DNA of 63,796 nucleotides, the filler included, from Klebsormidium nitens (lineage: Eukaryota; Plantae; Klebsormidiophyceae): the NCBI GenBank assembly GCA_000708835.1. It is 5 parts of 5 records of this genome, joined end to end, with 100 filler letters (N's around TTAATTAATTAA, not from the genome) between each part and the next. Parts side by side here need not be neighbours in the genome. Positions count along the whole stretch, not along the records: positions 24,534 to 46,715 come from DF237161.1; 4 more parts are not named here. One strand, 5' to 3'. The notes beneath the pieces are model-generated. The model searched no databases and was not told the origin of the DNA. It saw only the letters and a list, made by a program, of their open reading frames with translations. The translations under genes and the position numbers were made by a program. Positions 29,173-44,000 of this stretch are shown piece by piece (the first letter of the stretch is position 1; every line of letters starts with the position of its first letter).

Positions 29173-31807
29173 ATGGCTGGTCAGTACAATCTGAAGAGCC
29201 CGGGAGTCAAGCGGATTCTTCAGGAAATGAAAGAGATGCAGAGAACCGAGAGCTCGGAGTTTGTTGCGGAAGCCCTAGGAAGTGACCTGTTTGAGTGGCA
29301 TTTCGCAATCAGAGGTCCAGCGGATACGGAGTTTGAAGGGGGGATCTATTGCGGACGCATTGTGTTGCCTGCTGAATATCCATTCAAGCCGCCGGCGTTC
29401 ATGTTTCTCACCGTAAGCTCCCTGTTCGTTTCTTTATCCAGGCTGGTTGTTAGGGTTGTACGAGTCATTCTGGTTACTGCTTGTTTATTAGTCGTTGCAA
29501 ATTTAGGATCCTGGAACAGGCAAACTGTCAGAAAGAGGCAAAGCGTCGGAGGTGCCGTTGGTGAATCATAAAGGGCCGCAGTTTTGGAGCTTGGCGTTCA
29601 CGCTTGCAGCTCTTTTGCAGCTTTCCTCAATGTTGATTGTCGCCACTTTACGATTCAGCCAATTGGAGATCATTACTCAGAGGCACTTTCATGGGAATTG
29701 CAGGAGGTTCAATCTCACTTTGCTTTTTAGGAGCGCAAAAACTTTTGGATGCAACTACAGAAACATGACTATCTGGAACAGAAGGTTATCGTCAACTCAC
29801 CTAAGCATTTACTGAATCTAGTAGAGTGATCCTATGTATTCCAGATAATTTGGTGGTGCCATGAGGTTGTAGGGTATGAAGATAGTGTGCTTTTGGTGTT
29901 TGGACCTCAGGCAAAACTTCAGCCATGAGGCCCCTCCCAAAGCCTCAGAACGGAGCCCTTTGATGACGACTAGTTACTTCAAGTGAGGAAGATGCAGATG
30001 TTAAATGTCCCACCAGCTTTCTGCTGGCAGTCTCTAGCAACCTATGCATAAGAGTTTCCAATCGATTTGTGCAGCCAACCGGGCGTTTTGAAGTGGGGAC
30101 AAAGATCTGCCTCAGCATCTCGCAGCACCACCCCGAGCACTGGCAGCCAAGCTGGAGCAGTGAGTGGTCCCGGCCCTCTTTCAAAACCTTTTGGTCTTCT
30201 TGGCTTCGTGCCAGTGCTGTGTTTGGGACTGCCTTCGCCTCATTCGCTTGGCCCCAAAGGTTGACTGTTACTACCACCTGTCAGGCAAGGACATCTGTAC
30301 GCGTCTGCCAGATGTTTGCCTTTTGTTGGTCGCAAAGGTTTGAGAATCAGGATATGTCTGTTTGCTATCAGGGTTGTGCGGTGGGAGTTTATAGTGAGAG
30401 CTCTTCTGCAGGATGCTGTTCATCTGGGCCCCTGTGCATCAGATTGGCAAGTGCATCATCAGTGTTCTCCACAATCGGATTTGTTTTGACTGCTCTGTTT
30501 GGCTCACATTTCTGGGCCTGATTGCTGTCTCCCTCCCTTAATCTAGATCGAGTCCATTTCAGTCAATCTGCCATGATCGCCTCTGTCACCAATCCTGCCA
30601 TACTTTCATCTCTCTTTCCTTCTGACTTTGACCCCTCCCTAGTTTGATTGCTTGCTATTTTCAATTTGATCATGTCGTGCAATCCTCTCTCTCGCTCTCG
30701 AATCAAGCTCCAACTTATTGTCAGCTCCAGCTTATTGCTTAAGTGTCAGGAAACGACCTGTCTTGTAATATGTAATGTCTGAGTTTGTTTCTTGGTCTCT
30801 CCAATCGACTGCCCCAGTAGCCCGGAGTCTACGGACGTTTCATGATCTGTCAGACTTCTCCAGAAATTTTCTCTCTGCATGACATACTTTGTGATCGTCT
30901 TCAACTCCCTCTGAGTACCCATGTTGCTTCAGAGTCTCCAAATCTGCCATTCTTCTGAAGATCTCCTTTCCCTCCAGTCCGGCTCGCTCTCACCGCCCTG
31001 ATTGCCTTCATGCCAAGCAAGGCTGAGGGCGCGCTCGGCTCGCTCGACTACACCAAAGAGGAGCGCCGTGCGCTGGCTATCAAGTCTCGTTCCACTCCTC
31101 CCATGTACGGAAGTCCCGAGCGACAGGAGGTGATCGACCGGCTCCACGCAGCTCTTCTCGAAGGGGCTCCGCCCGTGCCAGATCTGGTCAAGGCCTCGTC
31201 AAAAGGCAGGTCGCTCCAGGAGGCAGAGGAAGCGAAGGGAGAGAGTGCAGCGCCGCCCGCAGCAAGGCCTCTTGCTCTTTGCGCTGAGGACGGGCGGGGC
31301 AGGATAGCCAATGGGGATGAGGAGCATGCGAGAAGAAAGGAAATCGAAACGAGGAGCACCCGTGAGTCTGGAGGGCAGGGGCCAAGTGGCAGAGGTGCTG
31401 GTCAGAACGGGGAGAGTCAAGCGACGGTCTCGAACGGAGTGAAAAGGGGCATTGAGATTGAGGAGGAAGTTTTTGAAGGGCACGAGGGCGAGTCAAGCGG
31501 GAACGAGAGAAGCTCGAGCATCGCTGAAGAAGCAGCCAAGGTGCAGGAAGGAATTTCGAATGCCGTTGACAGAGCAAGCACCATGAGTGCGGAGGAAGGG
31601 GCACGGAAACGAGCACTGCAAAAACATCCGCTAGAGTCAGGGGTTCCTCCGGCTCCTACATCATCAGCGGTGCGAAGTCATGTGGCCACAAGTCAGAAGC
31701 GTAGGTCGTCAAGCCTGGAGGACAGAGCGCTCACAATCCTTGCGGCTGTACTTGCAGCATGCATTGCTTGCTTACTGATCCGAAAAATACTAAGATATTT
31801 CTTGTAG
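29173..31807 (+). CDS. UBC32: ER tail-anchored ubiquitin-conjugating enzyme E2 (UBC32/UBE2J1 type), 3 exons, 384 aa
   Basis: Exons 29173-29412, 30075-30159 and 30978-31807 with phase-consistent GT-AG introns. Motifs FEWHFAIRGP, YPFKPP, KICLSIS (catalytic Cys), HPEHWQPSWS, GALGSLDY and a C-terminal TM. Confidence 0.95.
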
Positions 31808-32755
31808 TTGAACCAAGTTGCGAAACTTCGATGGTGTGTTTCGGGCTTCACATTGAAGACCCAATCTCAGTGCATAGCTTGACAAGAACATGCTAAAGAC
31901 CGAGGCGAAATTGCTTGCAACATCGGAAGTGACTTTAGCATGTAGTTGGAAGCGACTTGCCACTTCATGACTCATTGGACTCATATGATCGGATGACACA
32001 ATGTTGCATTGTTCGACTGTGTGCGTCACGACTCAGCCCAAGCACCCCTGATTCTTGCAACAGCTTCCATAAAGTTGTGTATGCGAAGCAAGCTCGATCA
32101 TGCAATATACCGCCCCAGCTTTTTCATTGTATCCAGTGCGCAAACAGCGATTACTTTGCATGATGGCGCTGGGCCTGCATATCTGGCGGCGCCTCAGATG
32201 TCAAACTTGAAACGTATCTAAGAGAGCTTTTCTTTATAAGGCTGAAGCGCTGTCGATCTCAGGTACGTTTTCGCCATCATTCAGTACAACAGAATACATC
32301 AGAGCGTCATTCATTGCTGCGTCATGGATCAGAGGTGTCGGCAAATTCGTGCGTATCAACCCAAGCGTCAACCTTTCCATGTACAAGGTCCAAGACCAAA
32401 GCATGCATATATACACACACTAGCCTTGTAGATCTATTTGTAAATTTCTGCACCAGTTGTACCGTTTAGGCGGCCGGCTGCCTTGTGAGTCTGAACATGT
32501 TAGGTTACTGCTTAAATCTACAGAGATCTCATGAGTACCGTCCAGATTGAGCCACCGTTTGAGGTTTGTATGTGCCTGCCGATTGAAGATGCAACCAGTT
32601 TAAATTGCGAGTAGACATGCCCGGGCTAAACCAAGGCCGTCATTGGGATTGCCGAACAGGTTGCTGCTCTAGGAGTCAACTCGACGGACACATCGTTTGC
32701 GAGCTTGATGTCGCATCCACCCAATCGAGTTCGCCAACATAGTTTCCAACGGAAC

Positions 32756-35700
32756 TCAGAGCCGACTATCACTTTGTGGGTCTTCTTGTCCTAGCATGGT
32801 CAACTCATGGTCCACCCACGTCTTTTGCCTCATGCCAGGTGACATCACCATGATTTTCACCATGTTTCGTCGCATGGTCTCAAGCATGCCTAGGAACAGC
32901 CTACATCCCTCTATCCGAAATTCTTCGAGCGGATTCATTTGCCCGAAGCCTCGCACGCTCACCTGCACGAGGATGCAAGGTTTGTTGTCGATAGATATGA
33001 ACTCAAGAAGCTATCAGCCGCTTCCTGCACAATACAGCCAGCATCGAAGACAAACAGTCCTGGAGCCATCCTTGAAACCGCGCGCGCAGGTCGTGTCACA
33101 CCGTGGTGGACCCTCACCGCTGAGCGCAGCCGCTTCAGGTTGGCCAGGTGCAGCTTCCAGTAGTCGTCCAGGTGCACCACCAGCAGCTGCGTCTGCACAG
33201 CGGCACGACGACGTGAGAAGCGGCACGTCTCGTCGCACTCAAGACCAAGCCGCCAACGGACTCGGTCGAACTTCTGGGCCGTGCTTTGTGCGCCGTAGTG
33301 GCGGGCCGTGGTGCACGCGCTCACCAGCATCTGTTGCTGCTGCACCGGAGCGTCAGGCAGCAGGGCCGCCATGGCGTGGTGCCGCGCGATCAGGCTCTCC
33401 GCCAGGAAGCTGCGCAGCACCTGCACGGCCTCCCGCCACGGCCCGCTCCTGCACGCACCGACACCCACCGCCACGCGTCACATAACCAAGCTTGCCCCCA
33501 CCGGCATGCAACGGCAGCCGGCACAGGAGCAGGGACCCAGACCATTTGCCAAAGACGTCGCCAGCATAGCGGCGGCTCACCACTCGGGGCCGCGCTGGGC
33601 GCTCCTGCGGGCCTGGCGCGCGAGGATGGCGCGCTGCTCCTGGATGGTGAGGTCGCGCAGGGGCACGCCCGGCGGCAGCGCCAGCGCAGGGCCGGGGGGG
33701 GACGGCAGCGCCTGCAGCTCCGCCAAGAGCGCGGAAGGGGGGGGCAGCGAGAAGGGAGGCGCATCTGCAGCAGCAGGACCCAAGAAAAGGGGGGGCGTGA
33801 GGGTGCGGGCTGTGTGGACGGCATAGACACAAGGTGCGCAGCCCGGCCGACAGACCGGATCGATGGAGAAGAATGCGGAGGATTGACCAGAAAGAGAGGG
33901 CCGGCAGGGCGGGCGGGGCGGTCAATAGGGCTGACCGTTGACGTGCGCGTCCCCGAGCTGCTGAACCTCCGCCAGAATGGCCGCCAGGTCCCACGTGGCA
34001 GGGGGCTGCAAGCCAAGGGACGACAGTGCGGCAGCAGGGTGAGAGAGCAAGCGGCGAGACGCCGCAGGGGACAAGATGGCGACCCCGAGAAGCAAGGGCG
34101 TTGAAGGCAGCACGAGAAACAGGGGAAGCGACACACCCCGCTCAAGTACGGGCACAGCAGGCAGCCCGTGTGGTGGAGGGCTTGTGCCCATCGAGACAGC
34201 GGCGGGGCTCACCTGATTGGCGGCCGCGTGGCGGGCGATGACGTCGTCGACGCAGTCCTGCATGTACTGGAACATGCACGCCTCGACGGCGGCGGCGGGC
34301 GCGGTGAGCAGCTGCTGGCGCAGCGTGTAGATGTAGGCGCGCTGCACCTCGGGCACCGCGTCGAAGTCCATCACCTGCCGCCGCTCGCGCAGGTGCTGCT
34401 TCTCCATGCGCACCTGCAGCTTGCGGAACTGCGCGCGCAGCCCGCACCACAGCAGCTGTCTCAGCGCAAGCGCGTGCAGCGAGGGGTGGGCGGGCCACGC
34501 AAACGGGCGAGGACAGCGAGCAGCGAGAAGGAACGGGGGAGCGCAGCAGAGGGAGAAGGGCGAGATGTCGCGGCGAACCTCGTTGCCGACGGCGGGCGTG
34601 TAGGCGGCGATGTTGTAGTCGTCGTTTGCAAAGACGGCGTCGACGAACTTGGAGAGGCGGGTGGGGTCCAGCACCGCGCGGAAGTGCAGCATCAGGTCGT
34701 CGTCCAGCCTGGCAGCCACCACATGCAGGCGCACGCGGGCGTTAGACGGCGGCGCGGGGGGGGCAAGCGGCAAGAAGAGAAGAGAAGGCAAAGCGGCAGC
34801 CAACAAAGTCTACAAGCAAGGGGCTCCAGAATAGCAGAGCGTGCGGGCGGGAGGAGGGCCACTCACGAGACCATGAACTTGCTGGAGCCGGGGTCGCCTT
34901 GCCGCCCAGCGCGGCCCTTGAGCTGCACGCGGAGCAGGCGTCATCAAATGGACGGGGAGGGCGCGGAGCAGTGTCAGGAAGCGCGGGGCACAGGAGTGGA
35001 CACCAGTGGGCCGGATGGGCTGCAACCCACGAGCATCAAGACGGCCTCGCTGCTGAGGTAGTTTCAGAGGTACCCCAGCGCGCGGAGGGCGCAACCTAGC
35101 ATCCGATTGGACTCGGGCCAGCCTGACCTGGTTGTCGACACGGCGTGACTCGTGGAGCTGGGTGCCGATCACGTGCAAGCCCCCCAGTGCGCGCACACGC
35201 TCGCCCTCCTGCTTGCAATGCGCCGAGCAGTCCTGCAGGGGGGGGCTGCGGCGGTCAGTGGCTGCCAGCGCACAGCGCGCCGGGATGCCACGCCAACGGC
35301 TGAGGCGCTACTGCAGCGGGGAAGGGATACGTAGTGTCCTCAGCACTCCACGGCCCTTGCCAAGCCGTTCTCATTGCCACGGCAGCCTGCTAGTGTTCGA
35401 ACCCAGCCGGCATCCAATGTCACGAAGGCGCTGTCCCTGCTGCGCCGTGCATGCCTCGCCTTGTGCAGCGCGTAGTAGGCAGCGCCCATCCAGAAAAGCA
35501 GCTGCCGCCGCTCGGCAGTTTGCTCGCCTCCACTGGGCGCCGCCGCATCCCCCTCGCGCAGCAGGGCGTCTAGGCGGGGCGGCATCTCGTGCGGGGCGGC
35601 CACGTGGCGCTCCCAGTGTGCGCGCAGGCTGCGCTCCAGGCCCAGCTCCGTGGCGCGCGCCACCAGGGCCGCTGCGGCGTCCGTGTCAAAGGGGCCAACC

Positions 35701-38700
35701 ACGCGGGCTGCACCACAGGGTACGCAGCGGCAGGTTGGACGGCAGCAGGCACGGTCCAGGGCTGCTGCCGACTCGGTCAGTCGACATAAGAGAATGCTGT
35801 AACTGCGCTTTCTGACAAGGAAAGCAACACACTGTGCGCGTGGTATAGGCTAGCCTTGAAAGCAAAGCGAAATCGCACCTGGAACCCGACCCAGTCTTAG
35901 AGCTGGTGCGTTCCTGGTTCCAGCTTGGGATTTCTAATGGAGCTGGTGTGAGAAAGTGAACACCCTGTGGTTGCTGGGGCCCGTACCCGCTTTCTGGGCT
36001 TGTGCGAGCAGGACCCACGTAGGCGTGCTGCAATGCACGGACGGCAGCACCTGCGTGACGGGCGGCGGCGCCGCTTCTTCCTCGGGGCCGAGCGCGGGCG
36101 GCTCCGGGCCGGGCGGGCAGAGCAGCGGGTCGAGGTACTTGCGCAGCAGGGTGCCGGCCAGCATCTCCGCGTTGCCGCCCAGCAGGATGTCCGTGCCGCG
36201 GCCCGCCATGTTGGTGCTGATCGTGATGGCGCCGAAGCGGCCCGCCTGCGCGATGATCTCCGCCTCGAGCGCGGCGTACTGCGGGCGCGCGTTGAGCAGG
36301 TTGTGCGAGATGCCGTTGGCGGTCAGGATGTCGGACAGCACCTCGGAGCTGCTGACGCTGGTGGTGCCCACCAGGACGGGCCGCCCCGCGCGCGTCATGG
36401 CCAGCACCTCGCGCGCCACCGCGCCAAACTTGCCGCGCGCGCTCGGGTACACCTCCAGCGGCAGGTCGGCCCGCACGGCGGGCACGTTGGTGGGGACCAC
36501 CACCACCGGCAGCTTGTACACGCGCACGAACTCCGACTCCTGCACGTGCGCACGCCCGACGATTCAGGAGCACAGGCGTCGAAGGGCAGGGGAACGCGGC
36601 AAGTGAGCAGCGACCCCTGGCTTCAAAGCAGCCTCAGGACAGCAAACCCTTGCTTCGATTGAGTGGCGGTCACACCGAGGCTCTCGCTCCAAATTGAAGA
36701 ATAGCTTTTGCATTTTCGTGGAAGAAAGAAAACGGGTATCCCATCTGAGCCAGTCGACGGTTGTTAGAACGCAACCACTCCTATCCAAGTCGAGATCAGG
36801 ACGGTCGAGCACCACATCGCCCTCATAAACGCATAGGTTGGGACTCTGATCAGGTGATGAATTTCGCTTGTCTTGTGAGAGAAGATCCAGAGGGGGCGGG
36901 TCTTTCCATTTGCTCTTTGCAAATAGCAGGCGCCGCAAAACACGAAATGGCTGGGGGACGACCAAGAATTGCAGCGCTGCCATTCAGATTCTGACGTCAA
37001 AACTGAAACGCTCGAGATCTTATGTCGCATCTGGTTAGGCACGTTCGTCTAGCCCCAGTATCGCACCGGTCCTGCCAAGCTTTGCGACCCCTTTTGAAAC
37101 TTCGCAGACAGGAGTCCTTGCATTGAGATCGGACGGTAGCGCTGCAACCTCGACCATCACAAGATTGTGCGATCCGCCTGATACTATCTCCGACCGGGAT
37201 GGGTAAAGCAAGTTGCGGTGGGGGCGTGGGTGCGGGGCCGCACCTCGGTTTTGGCGGTGCCGGTCATGCCGGCGAGCTTGGCGTAGAGGCGGAAGAAGGC
37301 CTGGTGCGTGATCTCGGCGATGGTGCGCATCTCGGGCTGGATGGGCACGCCCTCCTTGGCCTCCAGCGCCTGGTGCAGGTGGTCGCTGTAGCGCCGCCCC
37401 GGCTGGCTGCGCCCCGTGAACTCGTCCACGATGATCACCTGCCCGTCCTTGACGATGTAGTCCTTGTCGCGCTTGAAGCCCTCCTTGGCGCGCACCGCCG
37501 TCACCACGAAGTCGGCCCACGTGTTGTCCTCCGCCCACAGGTCGGCCACGCCCAGAAACACCTCCGCCTCCAGCACGCCCTCCTCCAGCAGCTCCACCGC
37601 ACGGCTGCCCTCCTTCACCTTGTAGTGCTGCGCGCGCACACCGCAAGGAGTGCGCTCAGGAAACAGCGCCTCGCGCACTCAAGCAGGCTGCAGAACAACG
37701 GCATGGACTCTGCCGTCTATCGAAGAGTAAGTGACATTTTCAGCGGGTGCGGCAGCCTCGTGGTGACAAGGGTGGCTCGGGTCAAGCTTGAGATTAGGGC
37801 GCCCCGGCAGTCCCACCTGGTCCTTGACCATGCGCGCTGCGGCGGCTGCGGCCTGGGGGTACTTGTCGGTGTTGCCCCCCGAGGGCCCGCTGATGATGAG
37901 CGGGTTGCGGCCCTCGTCGATGAGCACGCTGTCCACCTCGTCGATGATGGCGAAGTGGAACGGCCGCGCCTCGCGGTGGCGCATCAGGTGCTTGTTCAGC
38001 TCCACCATGTCGCGCAGGTAGTCGAACCCCACCTCGTTGTTGTTGGCGTACGTGATGTCGCACAGGTACGCCGCGCGCCGCGCCGCCGTCTCCATGTTGG
38101 CCTGGATGAGCCCCACGGAGAGGCCCAGGAAGCGGTGCACGCGGCCCACCCACTCGGCGTCGCGCTTGGCCAGGTAGTCGTTCACCGTGATCACGTGCAC
38201 GCCGTGCCCCGCCAGCGCGTTTAGGTACGCGGGCAGCGTGGAGACCAGCGTCTTGCCCTCGCCCGTGCGCATCTCCGCCACCGCGCCACAGTGCAGCACC
38301 GCCCCCCCCAGCACCTGCACGTCGAAGTGGCTCATCCCCAGCGTGCGCCGCGCCGCCTCGCGCACCGTCGCAAACGCCTCCGCCTGGAGGTCCTCCAGCG
38401 TCGCGCCCCCCCGCAGCCGCGCACGGAAGCGCTCCGTCTGCCCCTTGAGCTGCTCGTCGCTCAGCGCAGCCATGTGGCCCTCCCAGGCGCGCACAGCGGC
38501 CACCGTCTGCCGGAAGTCGCGCAGGACCCACTCGTTCAGGTCCAGCCCGCGCTGCACGGCCGCCACCACGCGCTGCACCACGCCCGGGGCCGTCTCAACT
38601 GCGGGGGCGGCTGCCGGGGGAGGACCGGGCGCTTCCTGCTTGTAATCGTCCTCATCAACCTGGAAAGTCACGGCCGCAGCCCGGCAGGCAACGGCCCTGT

Positions 38701-39070
38701 CCCTGGTCACAGGGGTCCGGTACGAAGCACGTGCGGCAGCTTGCCTGGCCCCGCCAGCCGTGCTCCCCGCTCTGCGTGTGTGCGCACCCGTCAACCCACC
38801 CCCCGCCAGCGGCCTACCCCCAGGAGGCAACCCCCATTGCTCGCGGTTGCCCCTCCGCTGCGGCTGCCCTTCTGCGGACCTCCCTCCCCAGTAGCGCCCC
38901 TGCGGCTGGCTCCTGCAGCCGGCCCACACTGATGGCACTGGGGCAGCTGACCAGGGCTGTGGGGCAGGCAGGAAGCGCGCCTGGCAGGCAGCCCCCGCCC
39001 GCCCTGACGTGCTGGCCAGGGAGATGATGGTCTCCCCACAGCGGGGCAGCAGGCAGCAAGCGTCCGCCAT
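32756..39070 (-). CDS. SECA2: Plastid preprotein translocase SecA, SECA2 type, multi-exon
   Basis: [76 protein letters not shown]|[12 protein letters not shown] and [14 protein letters not shown]. Traced junctions include exon ends at 37817, 37627-37244 and 36539-36051. NEWVLRD and DEGRNPL point to SECA2 rather than SECA1. The start codon is uncertain. Confidence 0.92.
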
Positions 39071-41027
39071 ACTGGGAGGGCATACACGTCAGAGCAGCAA
39101 GGAGTGGACACTACAGGCACTCAGCGGTGAGCTTTGGGGCGCCCGAGAGCAGGCACAGTTGTACAAGGGGCCACAGCCTAAGGGCTGCGGCGGCAGAGCT
39201 GTTGGAGGGGCTCCTTCCCGCATGCACCCGCTTGGCCCGCTCTCCTCCAGGGGTAACTTGCAGCGGACACGTGCCGCCCCAGCATCGCAAGCCCGCCACC
39301 GGATATGCCTCAGCCAAACCAATCTGTCTCCTCCTGCAAGAAGTGAAAGCAAGCCCAAATGAACGAGTTGGCTCACGAGCAAGCAAGAAGGCTGGTGGAG
39401 TATGGCGCTTCTTGATGTGTCACGGCTGCAAAAACAGTATCCTCATATCCCCGTTCTACTTCCGACGGCAATCTACTTAGCACAACTGTTGAGGATGCCT
39501 GTTCATGTCATGTTTCAATGGTCTGCCTACAGAAAGAGAAAGCACCAGCCTGCAAGCTGCGCATTTAAAGTGACACCTAAATGCACCGTCGGTCTGATGG
39601 GGGGTGGTGGTGCTCAGGACAAAAGCTACTGGTGCTACAACCAGGAAAGTGAGGGGCCGGGCATTTGCAAGCTGCCAAACGTCTTCTTTTTAATGAAAGC
39701 CAGGCAACTTCTGCAGGAACATACTACTGACTCCAAAGCAGTGTGGAAAGCGTCAGACCATGTGTCGACGATGCTCTGTGCGTTAAGCTCAGCTTGAGTT
39801 GTCATTCACGAAGCATTCCTTGCAGAATTCTTGCAGCATTGCAAAGACGCAGCATGCAAAGAGTCCCTATAAGTGAATGCTTAAAACGCTTTTGTACAAA
39901 AGCCTTCGCCCAGCTGAAAACCTACCTTTCAACCACTTTCAACTCGCCCTAGTGCCTTGGCGTCTTCTATCCTATACTAGATACTCCTGCAGCCTGCTGC
40001 CACAAGATTACTTTCTGGAAATTCTGAACAGCATTGTCAGCAATGTTGACTACCATGTTCACCACGGCATTCCTCCTTCCGCTGTCTGGCCAGTGGCAAC
40101 GCCAAGGCCATGCCGCAGCAAAACCAGAGGCGGCCCGGAGCGGAGCCCCGGGCACGACTTTAGATTATAGATACACACTCCATCTTTGGCCGGTTCGAAG
40201 ACCCGGTGGTATACCAGCTACCCTCGCCCAGACACCATTCATCATGATTAGGTACCTTAAATGCAATCTGCAGGCCGCTTCACTTGGAAGACTCTCACTC
40301 ACTCACACAGGAAGAGGAGTCAGCTTACCGCACTACATACAATGATACATGCGAGATGTCTTCGATCGTGCGTTTCAGGGAAGATGCTGTTTGGGATGAC
40401 TCGGCGGATTGGCAAGATATTATATTAAGGTGAGTCCTCATGCGCATGCCATGTCGGATTGGCGGAGCTCAGGGACGGAGAAGATGATATCTGTCACAAT
40501 TCTGCGCCCGCCTTGATGTCTATCGAACCCCTGCCATCAGTGGTGATCAGCAGTGTCCGGCTAACATTCGACTATTGTATAATGCATCATGCAACCAATT
40601 TAGAGGGATTATGACAACGGGAGTCCATATGTCCTCCATCCAAGTTGGATATTGGCACCGGCAGTATGTTGGTCGTTTGAGCTGCTACTCACGTTGCAAG
40701 CATGTAACAACATGGACATCATGAACAACGATCATGTACTGTTTTCGGCATGTCAGAGCATGTTCCGTATCCGACGAACCAAGTTAGGCACGATCCGAAG
40801 CATGATTGGCATCAAAGGGACATGGACTCCCAACCAAGTGATTATACGCCGCGCATGATGTGATTCGCCTTACAATGCCCCTTACAAGGGTCGAGTCAAA
40901 TTGGCTGATATTGGCTGCTATTTCTCAGTTCAGATGGTCTCCGCGCTGATAGATTGAGCACCAGAACGTTGACCTCCAACAACGCGTGCAACAAAAGGCA
41001 TCAAAGAGCCAACAAATAGCAACACGG

Positions 41028-44000
41028 CTACGGAGGTTGTTGCCTTGGTCTCTCGTTGTCTCTACTCCTTTCCGACCTGCTGGATGTCGTCTTCTTGGCC
41101 CCCTCCTTCGCTTGTGCATTCAGCCTGGCCGCAAGGTCCAGCATGTCCGCGGGTGCACTACTCTCCTTCCTTCCCGCCTCCGTCCGTGCAAAGCGCGGCC
41201 GGCGCCCCTGCGTTTTGTTCCTCCCGCCGCTCCCTTTGGTCGGTCGCTCCTCCCCTTCCTGCCCACTGTCATCCCCTGCCGACTTATCCGCCTCCACCTT
41301 CCGCCCGCTCGTCGTCGCCCGGCCTCGACCTGTCTTCGACCTCCCCCCGCGAGTCTGCCGCCCTTCTTGCGGGGCCGCAGCATCCTCAGGCGGCCCCGGC
41401 CCCCTTGCCCCTCCCGCAGGGCTTGGACTGTCTGGCCTGCGGCCTGCGTGCTCGCCCCGCTGCCTGCCTGCCTGCGTGGTCCTCAGTCCCGTCACTGTGC
41501 GGAAGCTCCCTCGGTGAACGGTCCCGTTCGTCACCAGCTGCGCACCCTCGCTCGCGGTCCGGCGGGCCCCCCTCTCGGTCGCCCGTGTTCCCTCCCCTGA
41601 CCCGGTGTCCCGCGGTCCTGCCTGGGGACTGCTGACCAAGGGGGGCCGTTCTGGGGGGGCGGTGGTGGTCTCGTAGCGGCGCAGCTGGTGGAGCGCGACC
41701 TCGGTGTCGATGCTGGCCGGCAGCACGACCGGGCGCGGCGGCGCGGGCGGGGCGGCCTCCAGGGCGGCGAGGAAGTCGGTGATGGGGCGCGCCTTGACCG
41801 CGTGGAACATGGCCTTGAGCTGCAGCGTCTTGTCGTCGGTCAGCAGCGTCACCTCGCCGCCGCCCCCCGAGAAGTGGACGCAGCAGTCCACCAGCTCGTC
41901 GTCCGCCTCGTCCGCCCGCCCCACCGCTGTGTAGCTCGTCTGCCGCCAGGCCTCCCGCGGAGACGGCACACCGACCAGCGCGGCGCGGTTCTCCGCAGGA
42001 TCTGAAGGCGGAGAAGCGAGGTCCAAACAAAGCCACGAGGACACCCACGAACTACAGGAGCAGATAGTCCACCGAGGAGGTGTCGCTGCTCTAGTTGTTG
42101 TGGGCTTGGATGCTTCTTCGAATCATAATGAGAGGACAGCGATGTGCTCGGATGTCAATTCTCGAGGTCCAGAGCAAGGAATCCATCGACCGGGTGCTCG
42201 TTCTGCTTAATCGGCTAGATTCCAAGCAGGGACGACGGGAATACAACACACGGCCGCGGACTTGCAAGATTTGAGGACGTCGTTTTAGCACGATTTTAAT
42301 CGTATGGATTTGTGCGCCACTGGCCAACTTCTGGGCCGACGCAATGAGCGGGTCATTCCGGTGTAGCCTGGTCTTGTTTGCAGCTGGCCCGAGAGTTGGG
42401 CGGGCGTTGCGTGACAGTTCGCCCCCAGTCGCGCGGAAGGGGGGTGGGCCTCACCTGTGCCGACGAGGCAGCGCACCTCGGAGCGCCGCTGGCCGCGCAG
42501 CCACGTGACGCCGGCTGCCATCTCCTGGGACATGTAGCGCAGCGCCTGCAGCACGGCACGGCTCAGGCACCCGGGCAGGCAGGAAGCAGAGAGGGGCGGA
42601 GCGAGAGGGGGAGGTCGAGAGGACGCCGACAGCGAAAGTAGACGCAAGAAGATGGTGGGCAGTCCAAAGGTACACGTACGGGAGTCTGTTTCTCAAAACG
42701 AGTTAGATCGGGCAGCACGCAGACAAGGGCCAGGCATTCAATGAATGGGAAAAGCAGGCGGGAGCGAAGTCAGTATCTATCAAGTATGACTTGGCGTTTC
42801 ATGAAGAACACTCGAGCCAGCGTACCTGTGCTACTGGAATACTTTGCACCTTGGCAAAACCGGTGTCAAAACCAAACGAGGCCTTGGCAGTCCTTGAAGA
42901 AACCAGGTGACTTCCGAAAAGCAACGAGGCCCAGCTGACAGATTCTCTGATACGGTGGACTTTTTCCAAATGCACAAGCCTCGACTCAGCGCACACGACT
43001 CCTGTAAGCTGTGTGGCGCCTGCCCGGCTCACCTTGCGCGCAAGTGCCCCCGCCCGCTTGTCGGGGTGGCTCTGCAGCCCGTCCAGCTCCTTCAAAACTG
43101 CAAAGCACACGGCCCACCAACGCAGCATCAGAGCCCGGGACAAGCCTGCGCCCAGCAATCGAGCAGGACAGCCCGAGCTCGAGATACCACGCTTGCTACC
43201 CTGTGCAAGTGACTTCGCGAGCCTCCGGTCTCAGGCCAAGCGCACAGGAAACCGCGTCTCCTTCGACCACCGCAATTCCGGTCATCTTCGCACATCATTG
43301 TTTTTTACCGGCTCATATAACGCTAGGCAACATTCTGCAGGCATCGCGAATGTTGCCGCACGCCCTGCTCCTCGGCGGGTGGCCCTCACCTGCGAGCGGG
43401 ACCACCGTCTGCACGCCAGACTTTTCGCGCAGCCGCTTAATCTGCGGCAGGTTCCTCAGAAACTGGTTCGTGTCGGGGATCACGTAGCGCATGGCCGGGG
43501 CCGCCACTGCTGGCCCCGCCGCTGCTCCCTCCCCTCCCCGCGTCCCTGCTGCATCTTCCTCAGAACGTGCCACGGCGTCTTGTTCGGAGGGCTCCCCCAG
43601 GAAGCCCAGAGCCCGGCCCGTCTGATCGACCACCCGGCTGACGCCTTCAGGGACGAGGCCACGGGGCTTGCTGACGTCATGCACCTGGCCCATCTTGGAG
43701 AAGTAGGCGTGCTCGAGGGCCGGCCCTGGCGAGGACGCCTCATTACCTGTACAAACAGAAAGTCGATGGGAGGGAGGCCCAAGGGCGAAGGAGCGCGTGC
43801 AGCGTCCTAACATACAGCGGCGGTTGTCGATATGAGGCATTCGCCGCTGCGAATCTGCACTCTGCATGGAGTGCGTTGGAGTACTTGCTGGAGTACTCAA
43901 AGATCACGTAGCAATGTCCCGAACGAAGACACAGCAGATTGCTTTTGATGCTCGTTGTCAGCTATAACGGCTCTCCACCTTTACGAACAGTATGCGGTAG

